A stretch of 64,000 nt of DNA from a candidate division WOR-3 bacterium (GTDB lineage: Bacteria; Hydrothermota; Tepidihabitantia; Tepidihabitantales; DTDR01): the NCBI GenBank assembly GCA_039801725.1, contig JBDRVE010000005.1, forward strand, positions 3,370 to 67,369, given 5' to 3'. Positions 39,669 through 48,974 of this stretch are shown one piece after another. Made by a program: the position numbers and the translations under genes. The notes beneath the pieces were generated by a model that ran no database searches, was not told the origin of the DNA, and saw only the letters and a program-made list of their open reading frames with translations. How positions within the stretch are numbered: position 1 is the stretch's first letter; every line of letters begins with the position of its first letter.

Positions 39669-39701
39669 TTTATTATAAATTATAAAAAAACCAATAAGTT
39701 T

Positions 39702-39718
39702 GTCAATTACAAATTGAC
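39702..39718. promoter_or_regulatory. perfect palindrome GTCAATT-aca-AATTGAC overlapping the -35 (TTGACT) of the downstream promoter; possible operator
   Basis: 7-bp arms with a 3-nt spacer; promoter TTGACT-N16-TAAAAT-N7-ATG(39749) follows. Confidence 0.45.
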
Positions 39719-39748
39719 TTTATCAATAATTTTATTAAAATTTTAAAT

Positions 39749-40036
39749 ATGTCGGAGAATGAAAAACACCAAATAAATATTGAAATTGGTGAGAAAGAAG
39801 CAGAAGGGGTTTACAGCAATTTTTTCTTAATTGCCCATTCGCCTCATGAATTTATTATTGATTTTGCTCGAATGCTTCCGGGATTACCAAAGGCAAAAGT
39901 TTTTGCCCGAGTGATTTTGACGCCGGCTCACGCGAAATTATTACTCTCTGCTTTAGAGGAGAATATTAAAAAATACGAAAGCCAATTTGGTGAAATCAAA
40001 CAGCATAGGCAAGAGAAAAAACCTTTTGGATTTTAA
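39749..40036 (+). CDS. DUF3467-like small protein
   Basis: EGVYSNFFLIAHSPHEFIIDFARMLPGLPKAKVFARVILTPAHAKLL resembles DUF3467; leaderless-type promoter. Confidence 0.5.
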   Translation: MSENEKHQINIEIGEKEAEGVYSNFFLIAHSPHEFIIDFARMLPGLPKAKVFARVILTPAHAKLLLSALEENIKKYESQFGEIKQHRQEKKPFGF

Positions 40037-41213
40037 AAATCAGCCAGTTATTGTTAAAGCGGTTGAATTAGCCCGAGAAATTAATATTAAAATTTTTTTA
40101 GTAGGAGGACCTTTAAGAGATATTTTTTTGAAGAAGAAAGTGATTGATTTTGATTTTGCAATTAATGGTGATGTGAAGAAATTTGGCAAAATGTTAGCCG
40201 AAAGATTAAAAGGCGAGTTTGTTTTCCATCCTCAATTTTTAACGGGAAAAATAATTTATAATTCTAATTGTTTAGATATTGCTCATTTAAGAGATGAGAT
40301 TTATGAAAGACCAGGCGCTTTGCCAAAGGTGATTCCTGTAGACGATATTTTTGTTGATTTAAAAAGAAGAGATTTTACAATAAATGCTTTTGCTTATGAT
40401 TTATTGGAAGATAAAATCATTGATCCCTTTTTTGGTATCAATGATTTAAAAGCTAAAATAATAAGAGTTTTACATGAAAAAAGTTTTGTTGATGACCCAA
40501 CAAGAATTTTTCGAGCAATAAGGTTCGCTAAGCGATTTAATTTTCAAATTGAGAGAAAAACGTTAAATTTATTAAAAAAAGCGGTTAAAGAAAGTTATCT
40601 GAATGTTGTTTCTTATCAAAGAATTTTTCACGAATTAAATTTAATTCTCAAAGAAAAAAAATTTGATAAAATGATTCTTTCCCTTTCGCAGTTAGGCATT
40701 CTAAAAAAAATTTTTGGGAAATCTTTAAGTTACCAGGAGATTAAAGAATTGAAAAAATTAAAGAATTTTAAAATACCGATAGAATGGATTTTTATTTATT
40801 TTCTCCATCTTTTAAATTTTGAAGAACTGAAAATATTAAAAAAAGAAGAAATGAAAGTTATTAAAGAACTAAATTATTTTAAACAGATAAAGAGAAGGTT
40901 ATCAAAAACAAATAAGAACTCAAAAATTTATCAATTATTATCCTGGCTCTCTTCACCAACCTTAAAAATTATATATGCTTTGGAATCTTCCTTAAGAAAA
41001 AAAATCCAAATTTATAAAAAAATTAAAACCGTAGAACCTTTGATTGATGGAAAGGAATTAAAGAAATTGCTTGCGATCGGAACAATTAGGAATTTAAAAG
41101 AAAAGGATTTTTCTAAGGTTTTATTACATTTAAAATTAAAAAAGATCGATGGGAAATTGAAAAATAGAGAAGATGAAATTAGGGAGATTATAAAATGGAC
41201 GCAAAAACATTAA
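39987..41213 (+). CDS. cca: CCA-adding enzyme / poly(A) polymerase head-domain family tRNA nucleotidyltransferase
   Basis: FLVGGPLRD...DFDFAI and RRDFTINAFAY motifs of the PolA head domain. Confidence 0.8.
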   Translation: MVKSNSIGKRKNLLDFKNQPVIVKAVELAREINIKIFLVGGPLRDIFLKKKVIDFDFAINGDVKKFGKMLAERLKGEFVFHPQFLTGKIIYNSNCLDIAHLRDEIYERPGALPKVIPVDDIFVDLKRRDFTINAFAYDLLEDKIIDPFFGINDLKAKIIRVLHEKSFVDDPTRIFRAIRFAKRFNFQIERKTLNLLKKAVKESYLNVVSYQRIFHELNLILKEKKFDKMILSLSQLGILKKIFGKSLSYQEIKELKKLKNFKIPIEWIFIYFLHLLNFEELKILKKEEMKVIKELNYFKQIKRRLSKTNKNSKIYQLLSWLSSPTLKIIYALESSLRKKIQIYKKIKTVEPLIDGKELKKLLAIGTIRNLKEKDFSKVLLHLKLKKIDGKLKNREDEIREIIKWTQKH

Positions 41214-41809
41214 TTATTTCGGCACCAGCCATTCTTTTTGGTCTTTCTTTTCATGAGTTTATGCATGCTTATGTTGCTTATAGACTGGGCGATCCAACTG
41301 CCAAATTAGCTGGTCGTTTAACTTTGAACCCTTTAAAACATTTGGATCTTATCGGCACGATTGCTCTTTTCTTTTTTCGTATCGGTTGGGCAAAACCAGT
41401 TCCAATTAATCCTTATAATTTTGTTGATATCAAAAGAGGAGTAATTTTAACTTCCTTAGCCGGCCCGATGGCAAATTTTTTTTCCGCTATGGTTTTTGGT
41501 ATTTTTTATCGGTTAATTAACCCCACTTCGCTTTTTTTAGATTTACTCCTCAGAAGTTTTGTTATTTATAATTTAATTCTTGCATTTTTTAATCTTTTGC
41601 CAATTCCGCCACTTGACGGTTCAAAAATTTTTATGTATATTTTACCTTATAAATATCGGGAACACTATATGGAAATAGAAGGCTATGGATTTTATATTCT
41701 TATTAGTTTAATTTTTCTTGGTTCTTTGATCGGTGTCCCAATCCTTTGGAGAGTTATTTCGCCTTTTATTAACTTTTTTTATCAAATTTTTACAGGAATG
41801 GAAATATGA
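41195..41809 (+). CDS. membrane zinc metalloprotease, site-2 protease (M50)-like
   Basis: HEFMH (HExxH) in the first TM helix, a downstream LDG motif, multi-pass membrane protein of about 200 aa. Confidence 0.6.
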   Translation: MDAKTLIISAPAILFGLSFHEFMHAYVAYRLGDPTAKLAGRLTLNPLKHLDLIGTIALFFFRIGWAKPVPINPYNFVDIKRGVILTSLAGPMANFFSAMVFGIFYRLINPTSLFLDLLLRSFVIYNLILAFFNLLPIPPLDGSKIFMYILPYKYREHYMEIEGYGFYILISLIFLGSLIGVPILWRVISPFINFFYQIFTGMEI

Positions 41810-44142
41810 AAAATAGTAATCGGAAAATCAATAAAGAAAAGAGACCTTATTTTATAACTGTTCTATTGTTTCTTTTTAGTTTGTATTTATTTTTGAGCAT
41901 CCTCTCTTTCTATTTTTTTAATGGTAACATAAAAGAGAAAAATTTTTGTGGAGTTATTGGTTATTATTTTTCGGAATTTTTCTTAAAAATCTTTGGTCTT
42001 CTTTCTTTTCCAATAATTTTTATCCTTTTTCTTATAGGTTTTGCAATTTCTTTTAGAAGAAGGGAATATAGAAATAGATTGATAAAAATTATAATATTTA
42101 CCTTTATTTTTAGTTTAATTGTTCTTCAATATTTCACTTTAACTTTGGGAAGAATAGATTATTATCTTTCGGGAATAAATTGGGAACTTAGCAACATTTT
42201 GGTAAGTCTTTTTGGAGTAGTTGGAAGTTACATTTTAATTTTGGGAATTTTTTTAATTCTCATAATTATGTTAACCGGTGAAAAGTTTCTGTCTTATTCA
42301 AAATTCCTTATTTCTCAATTTATCAGATTGATCAGGTTAATCTTTAAAAAGATTAAAATTAAAAGAGTTTCTGTTGTAAAGAAAGAAAATTTAAAAATAA
42401 AGGAAACTGAAATTTCGAAGATAAAAGAAAGCGAAAAGGTTATGATAGAAGAAACATCAGTAAAGAAAGAAGATAAAATTTTAAAAGAGCGGAAAAGGGA
42501 AAAGATAATTATAAAAGACGAATTCCAAAGAGAGTTTTTATCACTGCTAGCATCGCCAAAGGAAGAACAGGGAAAGAATGAAAAAGAATTGAAGGAAGAA
42601 GCAGAAATTTTGTTAAACAAATTAAAGGAATTTGGAATTACGGGGAATATTGTTTCTTATGTTACCGGACCGGTGATTACCCGTTTTGAATTTCAACCGG
42701 CACCGGGAATAAAAATTCAAAAAATTGAAAGTCTGGCCGATGATTTGGCTCTTTCTTTGAAGGCAGAAAGAATAAGAATTCTCGCTCCTATTCCTGGAAA
42801 ATCGGCAGTAGGTATTGAAATTCCTAATAAGAAAAGAAGAACTGTATATTTAAAAGAAGTATTATCTTCCCAAGGTTTTCAAGAATCTGTGAGTGCTTTA
42901 ACTTTTGCTTTAGGGGAGACTATTACTGGTGAACCTTATTTTGCTGATTTAAGAGAGATGCCCCATATTCTGATTGCTGGGACAACTGGTTCAGGCAAAA
43001 GTGTGTGTATTAATTGTATAATTTCTTCTATTATCTTTAACTCTGATTATCATGATGTCCGATTTTTAACAATAGATCCTAAACAATTAGAATTACCAAT
43101 TTATGATCCGATTCCTCACCTTCTTTCACCAACTACTACTGATCCTAAAATGGCGCTTGAACAACTAGACCGAGTAATTTTAATTATGGAAGAAAGATAC
43201 GGTGAGTTTGCTCGTTTGGGAGTTAGAGATATTGAAGGTTTTAATCAAAAAGCCGAGGAACTTTCTTTACCTAAAAAACCTTATATTGTGGTGATAATTG
43301 ATGAGTTAGCTGATTTAATGTTACGGGCACCAGTAGAAATTGAACAGAAAATTACGCGATTAGCCCAAATGTCAAGGGCGGTAGGAATTCATTTAATTTT
43401 GGCAACCCAAAGGCCTTCAGTGGATGTGATTACCGGGTTAATAAAAGCTAATTTCCCTTGCCGGATCGCTTTCCAGGTAGCCTCAAAAACCGATTCACGA
43501 ACAATTTTAGATATGAACGGTGCCGAAAGTTTGTTGGGAAAAGGAGATATGCTTTTTTTGCCACCAGGAAAGGGAGATCCGATAAGATTGCACGGCGCTT
43601 TTCTTTCGGCCGAGGAGGCTAAAAAAATAGTTAACTTATGGACAAGAAGATATTTAGAAGAATTACTTTCACCTTTTTTTGATAATCCTGAAGAAAAAGC
43701 AGAGGAAATTATTAGGAAAGAAGCCTTGGATATTTTAATAAACAAAGAAAAGGCAAGTATTGAAGAAGAAAGAAAAAAATTAGAAAAAATTGTGGGAGAA
43801 GAAGTATTAGAAAAATTGTTAGAAATTCCTTATCACCAACCATTACCCGAAGAAGAGGCGATTGAAAAGAAAAAAGAAAAAAAATTGGCCGGAAGATTAC
43901 GCGAATTGGATGAGTTGTTCTTTGAGGCAGCAAAAATTGTGTTTATGGCTCGCGAAGCCTCTGTTTCTATGTTACAGAGAAAGTTGGATATTGGTTGGGC
44001 AAGAGCGGGGAGAATTATTGACCAGTTGGAACAGGCGGGCATTGTTGGACCTTTTGTTGGTTCAAAATCAAGAAGGGTGTTAGTAGAGACCGAAGAAGAA
44101 TTAAATAAAATTTTAAATTCTTTAAGGAATAGTCTAAAATGA
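41806..44142 (+). CDS. ftsK: DNA translocase FtsK
   Basis: N-terminal TM domain, Walker A GTTGSGKSV, Walker B VVIIDELADLM, C-terminal gamma (winged-helix) domain SMLQRKLDIGWARAGRIIDQLEQAGIVGP. Confidence 0.92.
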   Translation: MKNSNRKINKEKRPYFITVLLFLFSLYLFLSILSFYFFNGNIKEKNFCGVIGYYFSEFFLKIFGLLSFPIIFILFLIGFAISFRRREYRNRLIKIIIFTFIFSLIVLQYFTLTLGRIDYYLSGINWELSNILVSLFGVVGSYILILGIFLILIIMLTGEKFLSYSKFLISQFIRLIRLIFKKIKIKRVSVVKKENLKIKETEISKIKESEKVMIEETSVKKEDKILKERKREKIIIKDEFQREFLSLLASPKEEQGKNEKELKEEAEILLNKLKEFGITGNIVSYVTGPVITRFEFQPAPGIKIQKIESLADDLALSLKAERIRILAPIPGKSAVGIEIPNKKRRTVYLKEVLSSQGFQESVSALTFALGETITGEPYFADLREMPHILIAGTTGSGKSVCINCIISSIIFNSDYHDVRFLTIDPKQLELPIYDPIPHLLSPTTTDPKMALEQLDRVILIMEERYGEFARLGVRDIEGFNQKAEELSLPKKPYIVVIIDELADLMLRAPVEIEQKITRLAQMSRAVGIHLILATQRPSVDVITGLIKANFPCRIAFQVASKTDSRTILDMNGAESLLGKGDMLFLPPGKGDPIRLHGAFLSAEEAKKIVNLWTRRYLEELLSPFFDNPEEKAEEIIRKEALDILINKEKASIEEERKKLEKIVGEEVLEKLLEIPYHQPLPEEEAIEKKKEKKLAGRLRELDELFFEAAKIVFMAREASVSMLQRKLDIGWARAGRIIDQLEQAGIVGPFVGSKSRRVLVETEEELNKILNSLRNSLK

Positions 44143-44795
44143 GAAGAGAAATAATGAATGAAATTATTAGAAAAATTCTCTTAATTGTGCCGACGAAAAA
44201 TTTAGCAACCGTTAAAGACTTTATTGACGATTTGCCACAAGCAAAAATTACTATGGAAACCCCTAAGAAATTTCAGGTTAATGAGTTTATCATTGGTTTT
44301 TACCAATATGAAGACATTATTACTAAAGAAAAATTATTAGAAATTTGGATTAACTATCCCAATGAACCAATAGGTTATGTTCGTTTAGATCCTGATTGGA
44401 AAGAAGGTTTAAAAGAAAAAGAGGAACATCGCTGGGAGATCACCCGTGCCTATATCCGGCCGAAATTTCGTGGCCAAGGTTTTTCTCGGCTATTATGCGA
44501 AATAGGTATTGAGTTAGCGAAAGCTAATAATGCCTATTCGGTAGTTGGTTATCCGCGGCACGTAGCAATGTTGATTACCTTTTTGGACTATGGTTTTAAA
44601 ACCCAAGCCGGTACAATTGATGTTACTTTGCATCGAATATTACGACAAGGAAGAAAATGGTATCCCCACGATCCTTCGCAAAGAAGACTTTATTATGCTT
44701 CAGAATTTCGTCCCTTTATTCAAGAAGGCAGTTTTATAATGGAAAAAGTATTAAGAAAGAAGAAGTGGTGGCAATTTTTGTTTGAGAAAATTTAA
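44139..44795 (+). CDS. GNAT-family N-acetyltransferase (putative)
   Basis: RPKFRGQGFSRLLCEIGIELAK resembles the acetyl-CoA binding motif A (R/Q-x-x-G-x-G/A). Confidence 0.5.
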   Translation: MRREIMNEIIRKILLIVPTKNLATVKDFIDDLPQAKITMETPKKFQVNEFIIGFYQYEDIITKEKLLEIWINYPNEPIGYVRLDPDWKEGLKEKEEHRWEITRAYIRPKFRGQGFSRLLCEIGIELAKANNAYSVVGYPRHVAMLITFLDYGFKTQAGTIDVTLHRILRQGRKWYPHDPSQRRLYYASEFRPFIQEGSFIMEKVLRKKKWWQFLFEKI

Positions 44796-45292
44796 AGATT
44801 TTTTTGACATTCCGGACAATGGGGAGCGATAGGGATTGATAATATTAAAGTATCATAAATTAAAGGAAGAATGTTTATTTGAGATGTATAATATTCTTGG
44901 GATGCTTCTTCTTTATTTATTTCTTTTTCTAATGGGAGGCGCTCTTTTTTAAACTCCTTTAAATATACACAATAAACTTTCTCATTAAGGTTTAAAGTAA
45001 ATTCTTTACTGCATAAGGCGCAAATAAGATTAATAGCAAATAGCATATTTCCATCGGCAATCACTTTGTCGCCGCTTTTAAAAAGATTAAGATTCAATTT
45101 TATTGTTGGACCAAAACCTAAAAAACAGGCAAGATAGATTAACATTTTTTTATTTTTCGTTCTTTTTAAATTTGGTTTTTCACCCTCGTAATAAGAAAGA
45201 ACTTCATTCGGTGAAAATTCCATTTCAATTTTGTTATCTCCTTCTTTTAAATTACCAACAATAAAAATAAATCTCTTATCAACTTTTTTCAT
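44792..45292 (-). CDS. hypothetical protein with CxxC pairs (YceD/DUF177-like?)
   Basis: CALCSKEF and a C-terminal PHCPECQKNL; size of about 166 aa fits DUF177 but is unverified; overlaps the MoxR stop. Confidence 0.35.
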   Translation of the reverse strand: MKKVDKRFIFIVGNLKEGDNKIEMEFSPNEVLSYYEGEKPNLKRTKNKKMLIYLACFLGFGPTIKLNLNLFKSGDKVIADGNMLFAINLICALCSKEFTLNLNEKVYCVYLKEFKKERLPLEKEINKEEASQEYYTSQINILPLIYDTLILSIPIAPHCPECQKNL

Positions 45293-46299
45293 TTTATCTC
45301 TTTCAATAATTTTTCAATTATATAATCAGCCGTAATACCATCGGCTTCAGCCGCAAAGTTTAAGACAATTCGGTGTCTTAATACTAAGGGTGCCATTTCT
45401 TTAATATCGTCAATAGTCGGTGTTGGTCGGCCATCTAAAATTGCTTTTCCTTTTGCTCCCAACACAAGATATTGAGATGCCCGAACCGAAGCCCCCCAAC
45501 TTACATAATCTTTAATAATTTTATAACTATTTTCTTGGGGTCTTGTTGCCCTTACTAATCCAACCGCATAATCTAAAATTTCTTCCGCAACCGGAACTTT
45601 TCTTAAAAGAGATTGTAGTTCTAATATTTCTTTAGCCGAAAGTATCGGTTTAATCTGGGGATTATAAGCCGAAGTGGTTGTTTTTACAATCTCTTTTTCT
45701 TCTTCTTTTGATGGATAAGTGATATTTATAGAAAACATAAATCTATCTAATTGGGCTTCGGGTAAAGGATAAGTTCCTTCCATTTCGATTGGATTTTGAG
45801 TAGCTAAAACTAAAAAAGGTTGGGGCAAGGGATAAGTCTCGTTACCAACAGTTACTTTATATTCTTGCATTGCTTGTAATAAAGCAGCTTGGGTTTTTGG
45901 CGGTGTTCGGTTTATTTCGTCAGCAAGAATAATATTAGCAAATATTGGACCTTTGACAAAGCGAAATTCCCTTTTACCTGTTGCCTTATCTTCCTCAATT
46001 ATCTCTGTTCCCGTTATATCAGAAGGCATCAAATCGGGTGTAAATTGAATTCTCTTAAAAGAAAGATTTAACACCTGCGCTAATGTATTTACAATTAGAG
46101 TTTTGGCTAATCCCGGAACACCAATAATTAAAGCATGACCGTTAGCAATCAGAGTAATTAAAATTTTTTCTATTACCTCTTCTTGACCAACAATAACTTT
46201 TTTTAACTCATTCTCTATCGCCCTTTTTGCCTCTCTTAATTTTAAAATTATCTCTTCGCTTTCCATAATAAATTTTAAATAAATTGATAATAAAGTCAA
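45289..46299 (-). CDS. MoxR-family AAA+ ATPase
   Basis: Walker A GVPGLAKT, Walker B/sensor ILADEINRTPPKTQAALLQAMQE, about 330 aa. Confidence 0.9.
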   Translation of the reverse strand: MTLLSIYLKFIMESEEIILKLREAKRAIENELKKVIVGQEEVIEKILITLIANGHALIIGVPGLAKTLIVNTLAQVLNLSFKRIQFTPDLMPSDITGTEIIEEDKATGKREFRFVKGPIFANIILADEINRTPPKTQAALLQAMQEYKVTVGNETYPLPQPFLVLATQNPIEMEGTYPLPEAQLDRFMFSINITYPSKEEEKEIVKTTTSAYNPQIKPILSAKEILELQSLLRKVPVAEEILDYAVGLVRATRPQENSYKIIKDYVSWGASVRASQYLVLGAKGKAILDGRPTPTIDDIKEMAPLVLRHRIVLNFAAEADGITADYIIEKLLKEIK

Positions 46300-46317
46300 T
46301 TTTAATTAGAATAAAAT

Positions 46318-46917
46318 TTGGTTGAATTAATTTTAAAAGTAATAATTATTAGTATTTCTGGTGCTTTAGCACCCGGACCTTTAACTGTCGCTACTGCCTC
46401 CTGGGGAGTAAAAAGAGGTTGGAAAGCCGGTTTAGAAATAAGTCTGGGGCATACTTTTGTTGAATTTCCGATAGTTTTATTGATTGGTTTGGGTTTAATG
46501 AATTTTCTGAAATCAGAAAAGTTTTATTTCTATTTAGGAATTTTGGGAAGTCTCTTTCTTTTTCTCTTTGGAATTTTAACTATTAAAGATGCACTTATTT
46601 ATAAACCACCTTTAATTGTTAAAGAAAAATCCTCTCTCCCATTATTAACCGGTATCGCTTTATCCTTTTTCAATCCTTATTTTCTTATTTGGTGGTTAGG
46701 AATCGGAACACCGTTAATTTACGAGGCAATAAAAAAGAGCGGTTTTATTGGTCTTTCTGTTTTATATATCTTTCATGTTTCTTTAGATTATTTTTGGCTT
46801 ATCTTTATTGCTACTTTATCTTCTTTTGCCAAAAAGAAAATTTATCGTTATCTTCTTTTTATTTTAGGGATTATAATAATTTACTTTGGTATTAAAATGC
46901 TTTTTATTTTATTCTGA
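46318..46917 (+). CDS. LysE/RhtB-family exporter (putative)
   Basis: Six-TM protein of about 200 aa with the LysE-type N-terminal helix pattern. Confidence 0.5.
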   Translation: MVELILKVIIISISGALAPGPLTVATASWGVKRGWKAGLEISLGHTFVEFPIVLLIGLGLMNFLKSEKFYFYLGILGSLFLFLFGILTIKDALIYKPPLIVKEKSSLPLLTGIALSFFNPYFLIWWLGIGTPLIYEAIKKSGFIGLSVLYIFHVSLDYFWLIFIATLSSFAKKKIYRYLLFILGIIIIYFGIKMLFILF

Positions 46918-47081
46918 AATATCAAAACCAAAAACTTTATGATTTTTCAATATTGATCTTTAATTATTATACTTTTAAATATTGGATACTATACTATCTC
47001 TTATACAGTACCCTTCTCAAAAGAAAATAAAGCCCTCCTGTTTTATTAATGTAGGTTTTAGAAAGTATATAAAAGGAATAT

Positions 47082-47285
47082 TTATTTAGTTATTAAATAA
47101 AGAAAATCAAAAACTTTAAGCACCTCCAGTTTAGGTTTATTTTTCAACAACTCCTTCTTAACTAAAATTCCAAAATCTAATTCTCTTTTTATCCTATAAT
47201 ACCGGTATTTTAATTCCCAATAATCTAAGCCCATTATCTTTAAGTTATTCATACCATATTTGGATTTATTACCATAAATAATCAT
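47082..47285 (-). CDS. small basic protein of unknown function (67 aa, YRYY motif); copy B
   Basis: Taking the internal ATG (MIIYGNK...) gives exactly 67 aa as in copy A, with RBS AAAAAGGAAGAG; the track's longer 77-aa form (to 47315) is the alternative start. Confidence 0.55.
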   Translation of the reverse strand: MIIYGNKSKYGMNNLKIMGLDYWELKYRYYRIKRELDFGILVKKELLKNKPKLEVLKVFDFLYLITK

Positions 47286-47396
47286 AATCTCTTCCTTTTT
47301 ATCTATTCTCCCCATATATATAATACGGAAGAGTACCCTAAAAGGTTACCACTTTTTTTTATTTATCTAACATCTCTTAATGTCTATTCTTTCTTA

Positions 47397-47424
47397 TTGA
47401 CATTTAGAATAACTTTGTTATACT
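47397..47424 (+). promoter_or_regulatory. promoter TTGACA-N16-TATACT for the lipoprotein-serpin genes
   Basis: Near-identical to the copy A promoter context (TTCTTTCTTATTGACATTTAGAA); leader with AAGGAGG RBS. Confidence 0.55.
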
Positions 47425-47452
47425 CAAAAGTTATGACTAAAAAGGAGGAAGT

Positions 47453-47791
47453 ATGAAGAAGACATTACTTTTTTCTTTAATTGGTTTATTTTTAGTTTCT
47501 ACCTTTTTCGGTTGCGGTGCGATGATCACGATGGGCGGTGGTGGTGTGCTTTATCAAGATACCAAAATGCCACTCCCTTATGCTAGTTATTATGCCCAAG
47601 GAACCGATTCTTACTCAAAAGTAGGCGAGGCTTCTTGTACTTCCATTTTAGGAATAATTGTTACCGGTGATGCGAGCATTAAAGCAGCAATGGAGAACGG
47701 AGGAATAAGAAAGATCCACCATATTGACTATCAAGTTACCAACATCTTAGGGATTATTGCCACATATAAAACAATCGTTTACGGCGAATAG
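47453..47791 (+). CDS. small lipoprotein (TRL-like family, tentative)
   Basis: Signal peptide with FGC lipobox, glycine-rich stretch, about 112 aa. Confidence 0.5.
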   Translation: MKKTLLFSLIGLFLVSTFFGCGAMITMGGGGVLYQDTKMPLPYASYYAQGTDSYSKVGEASCTSILGIIVTGDASIKAAMENGGIRKIHHIDYQVTNILGIIATYKTIVYGE

Positions 47792-47829
47792 TTAAATAAA
47801 AAGGAAGGGGGCGGTTTATTCCGCCCCCA

Positions 47830-48972
47830 ATGTCTATAATGAGCATAATAATTTTGTCTTTTCTTTTTAATTTTTTTGATGCTAATAACCAATTTGGTTT
47901 AAAGGTTTTTCAATCGCTAATAAAAGAGAAACAAGTAAATACTTTTATTTCTCCTGTGAGTATTTTTGAAGCCTTATTGATGACCTATAATGGTGCTGAT
48001 GGTAAGACAGCCGAAGCCTTTAAGAAATCTCTATTCTTAGAAGATTTAAAATTAGATAGTATTAATAAAATTAATCAGAAATTATTAAGAAATCTAAAAA
48101 AAGAAAAAGGTATTGAATTAAAAATTGCTAATGGTTTATTTGGTAGAAAAGGGATTAGATTTAAAAAGGATTTTTTAAAGATAAATAAAGATTATTATTA
48201 TGCAGAAATAAGAAGTTTAGATTTTAATAATCCAAAAGCCATAAAAATAATTAATAATTGGGTTAAGGAAAATACTAAAGGAAAAGTAGAGAAAATAATT
48301 GATAAAATAGATGCAATGGCGGTTTTATATTTAATAAATGCGATTTATTTTAAAGGGTTATGGGAAGAGAAATTTGATAAGAAAAATAATTTTGAAGGTG
48401 ATTTTAATTTAGTTGATGGAAGAAAAAAGAAAGTTTTATTTATGAGAAGAGATGGCGATTTTCTATATTATGAAAATGGAAAATTACAAGCAATTTATCT
48501 TCCTTATATTTCAAAAAAATTTGGTTTTTATATCTTTTTACCGAAAGAAGGATATTCTATTACTCAATTTATTAATGATTTAAATTATAATGATGTAAAA
48601 AACTATTTAAATTCTCTTTCTAAAAAAGAAGGCGAGATAATTTTACCGAAATTTAAAATTGAGTATGAGAAAAGTTTAAACGAGGTTTTAAAGGAACTTA
48701 ATTTAAGTATTGCTTTCAATCCTTATGAGGCAGATTTCTCTAAAATGGCTAATGTAAAACCTTATAATCTATTTATTTCCGAAGTGAAACATAAAAGTTA
48801 TTTAGATGTATCAGAAGAGGGGACCGAGGCAGCAGCAGTAACTTCCGTAGAGGTTGCCTTAACGGCAGTAAGAGAAAGATTTAAGATGTTATGTGATAGA
48901 CCTTTCTTATTTTTAATTACTGAAAAAGAAAGTAATTTAATACTTTTTATTGGTGTTCTTTTTGAGCCCTAA
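47830..48972 (+). CDS. serpin (serine protease inhibitor)
   Basis: NAIYFKGLWEEKFDKKNNFEGDF breach/shutter region, reactive-centre loop hinge EEGTEAAAVTS, C-terminal FLFLITEKESNLILFIGVLFEP serpin signature. Confidence 0.9.
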   Translation: MSIMSIIILSFLFNFFDANNQFGLKVFQSLIKEKQVNTFISPVSIFEALLMTYNGADGKTAEAFKKSLFLEDLKLDSINKINQKLLRNLKKEKGIELKIANGLFGRKGIRFKKDFLKINKDYYYAEIRSLDFNNPKAIKIINNWVKENTKGKVEKIIDKIDAMAVLYLINAIYFKGLWEEKFDKKNNFEGDFNLVDGRKKKVLFMRRDGDFLYYENGKLQAIYLPYISKKFGFYIFLPKEGYSITQFINDLNYNDVKNYLNSLSKKEGEIILPKFKIEYEKSLNEVLKELNLSIAFNPYEADFSKMANVKPYNLFISEVKHKSYLDVSEEGTEAAAVTSVEVALTAVRERFKMLCDRPFLFLITEKESNLILFIGVLFEP

Positions 48973-48974
48973 TT

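Larger units (their letters stand above)
46984..47430. repeat. copy B of the repeated module (small basic ORF, conserved flanks and a conserved downstream promoter)
   Basis: See copy A; same orientation; 31 kb away. Confidence 0.8.
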
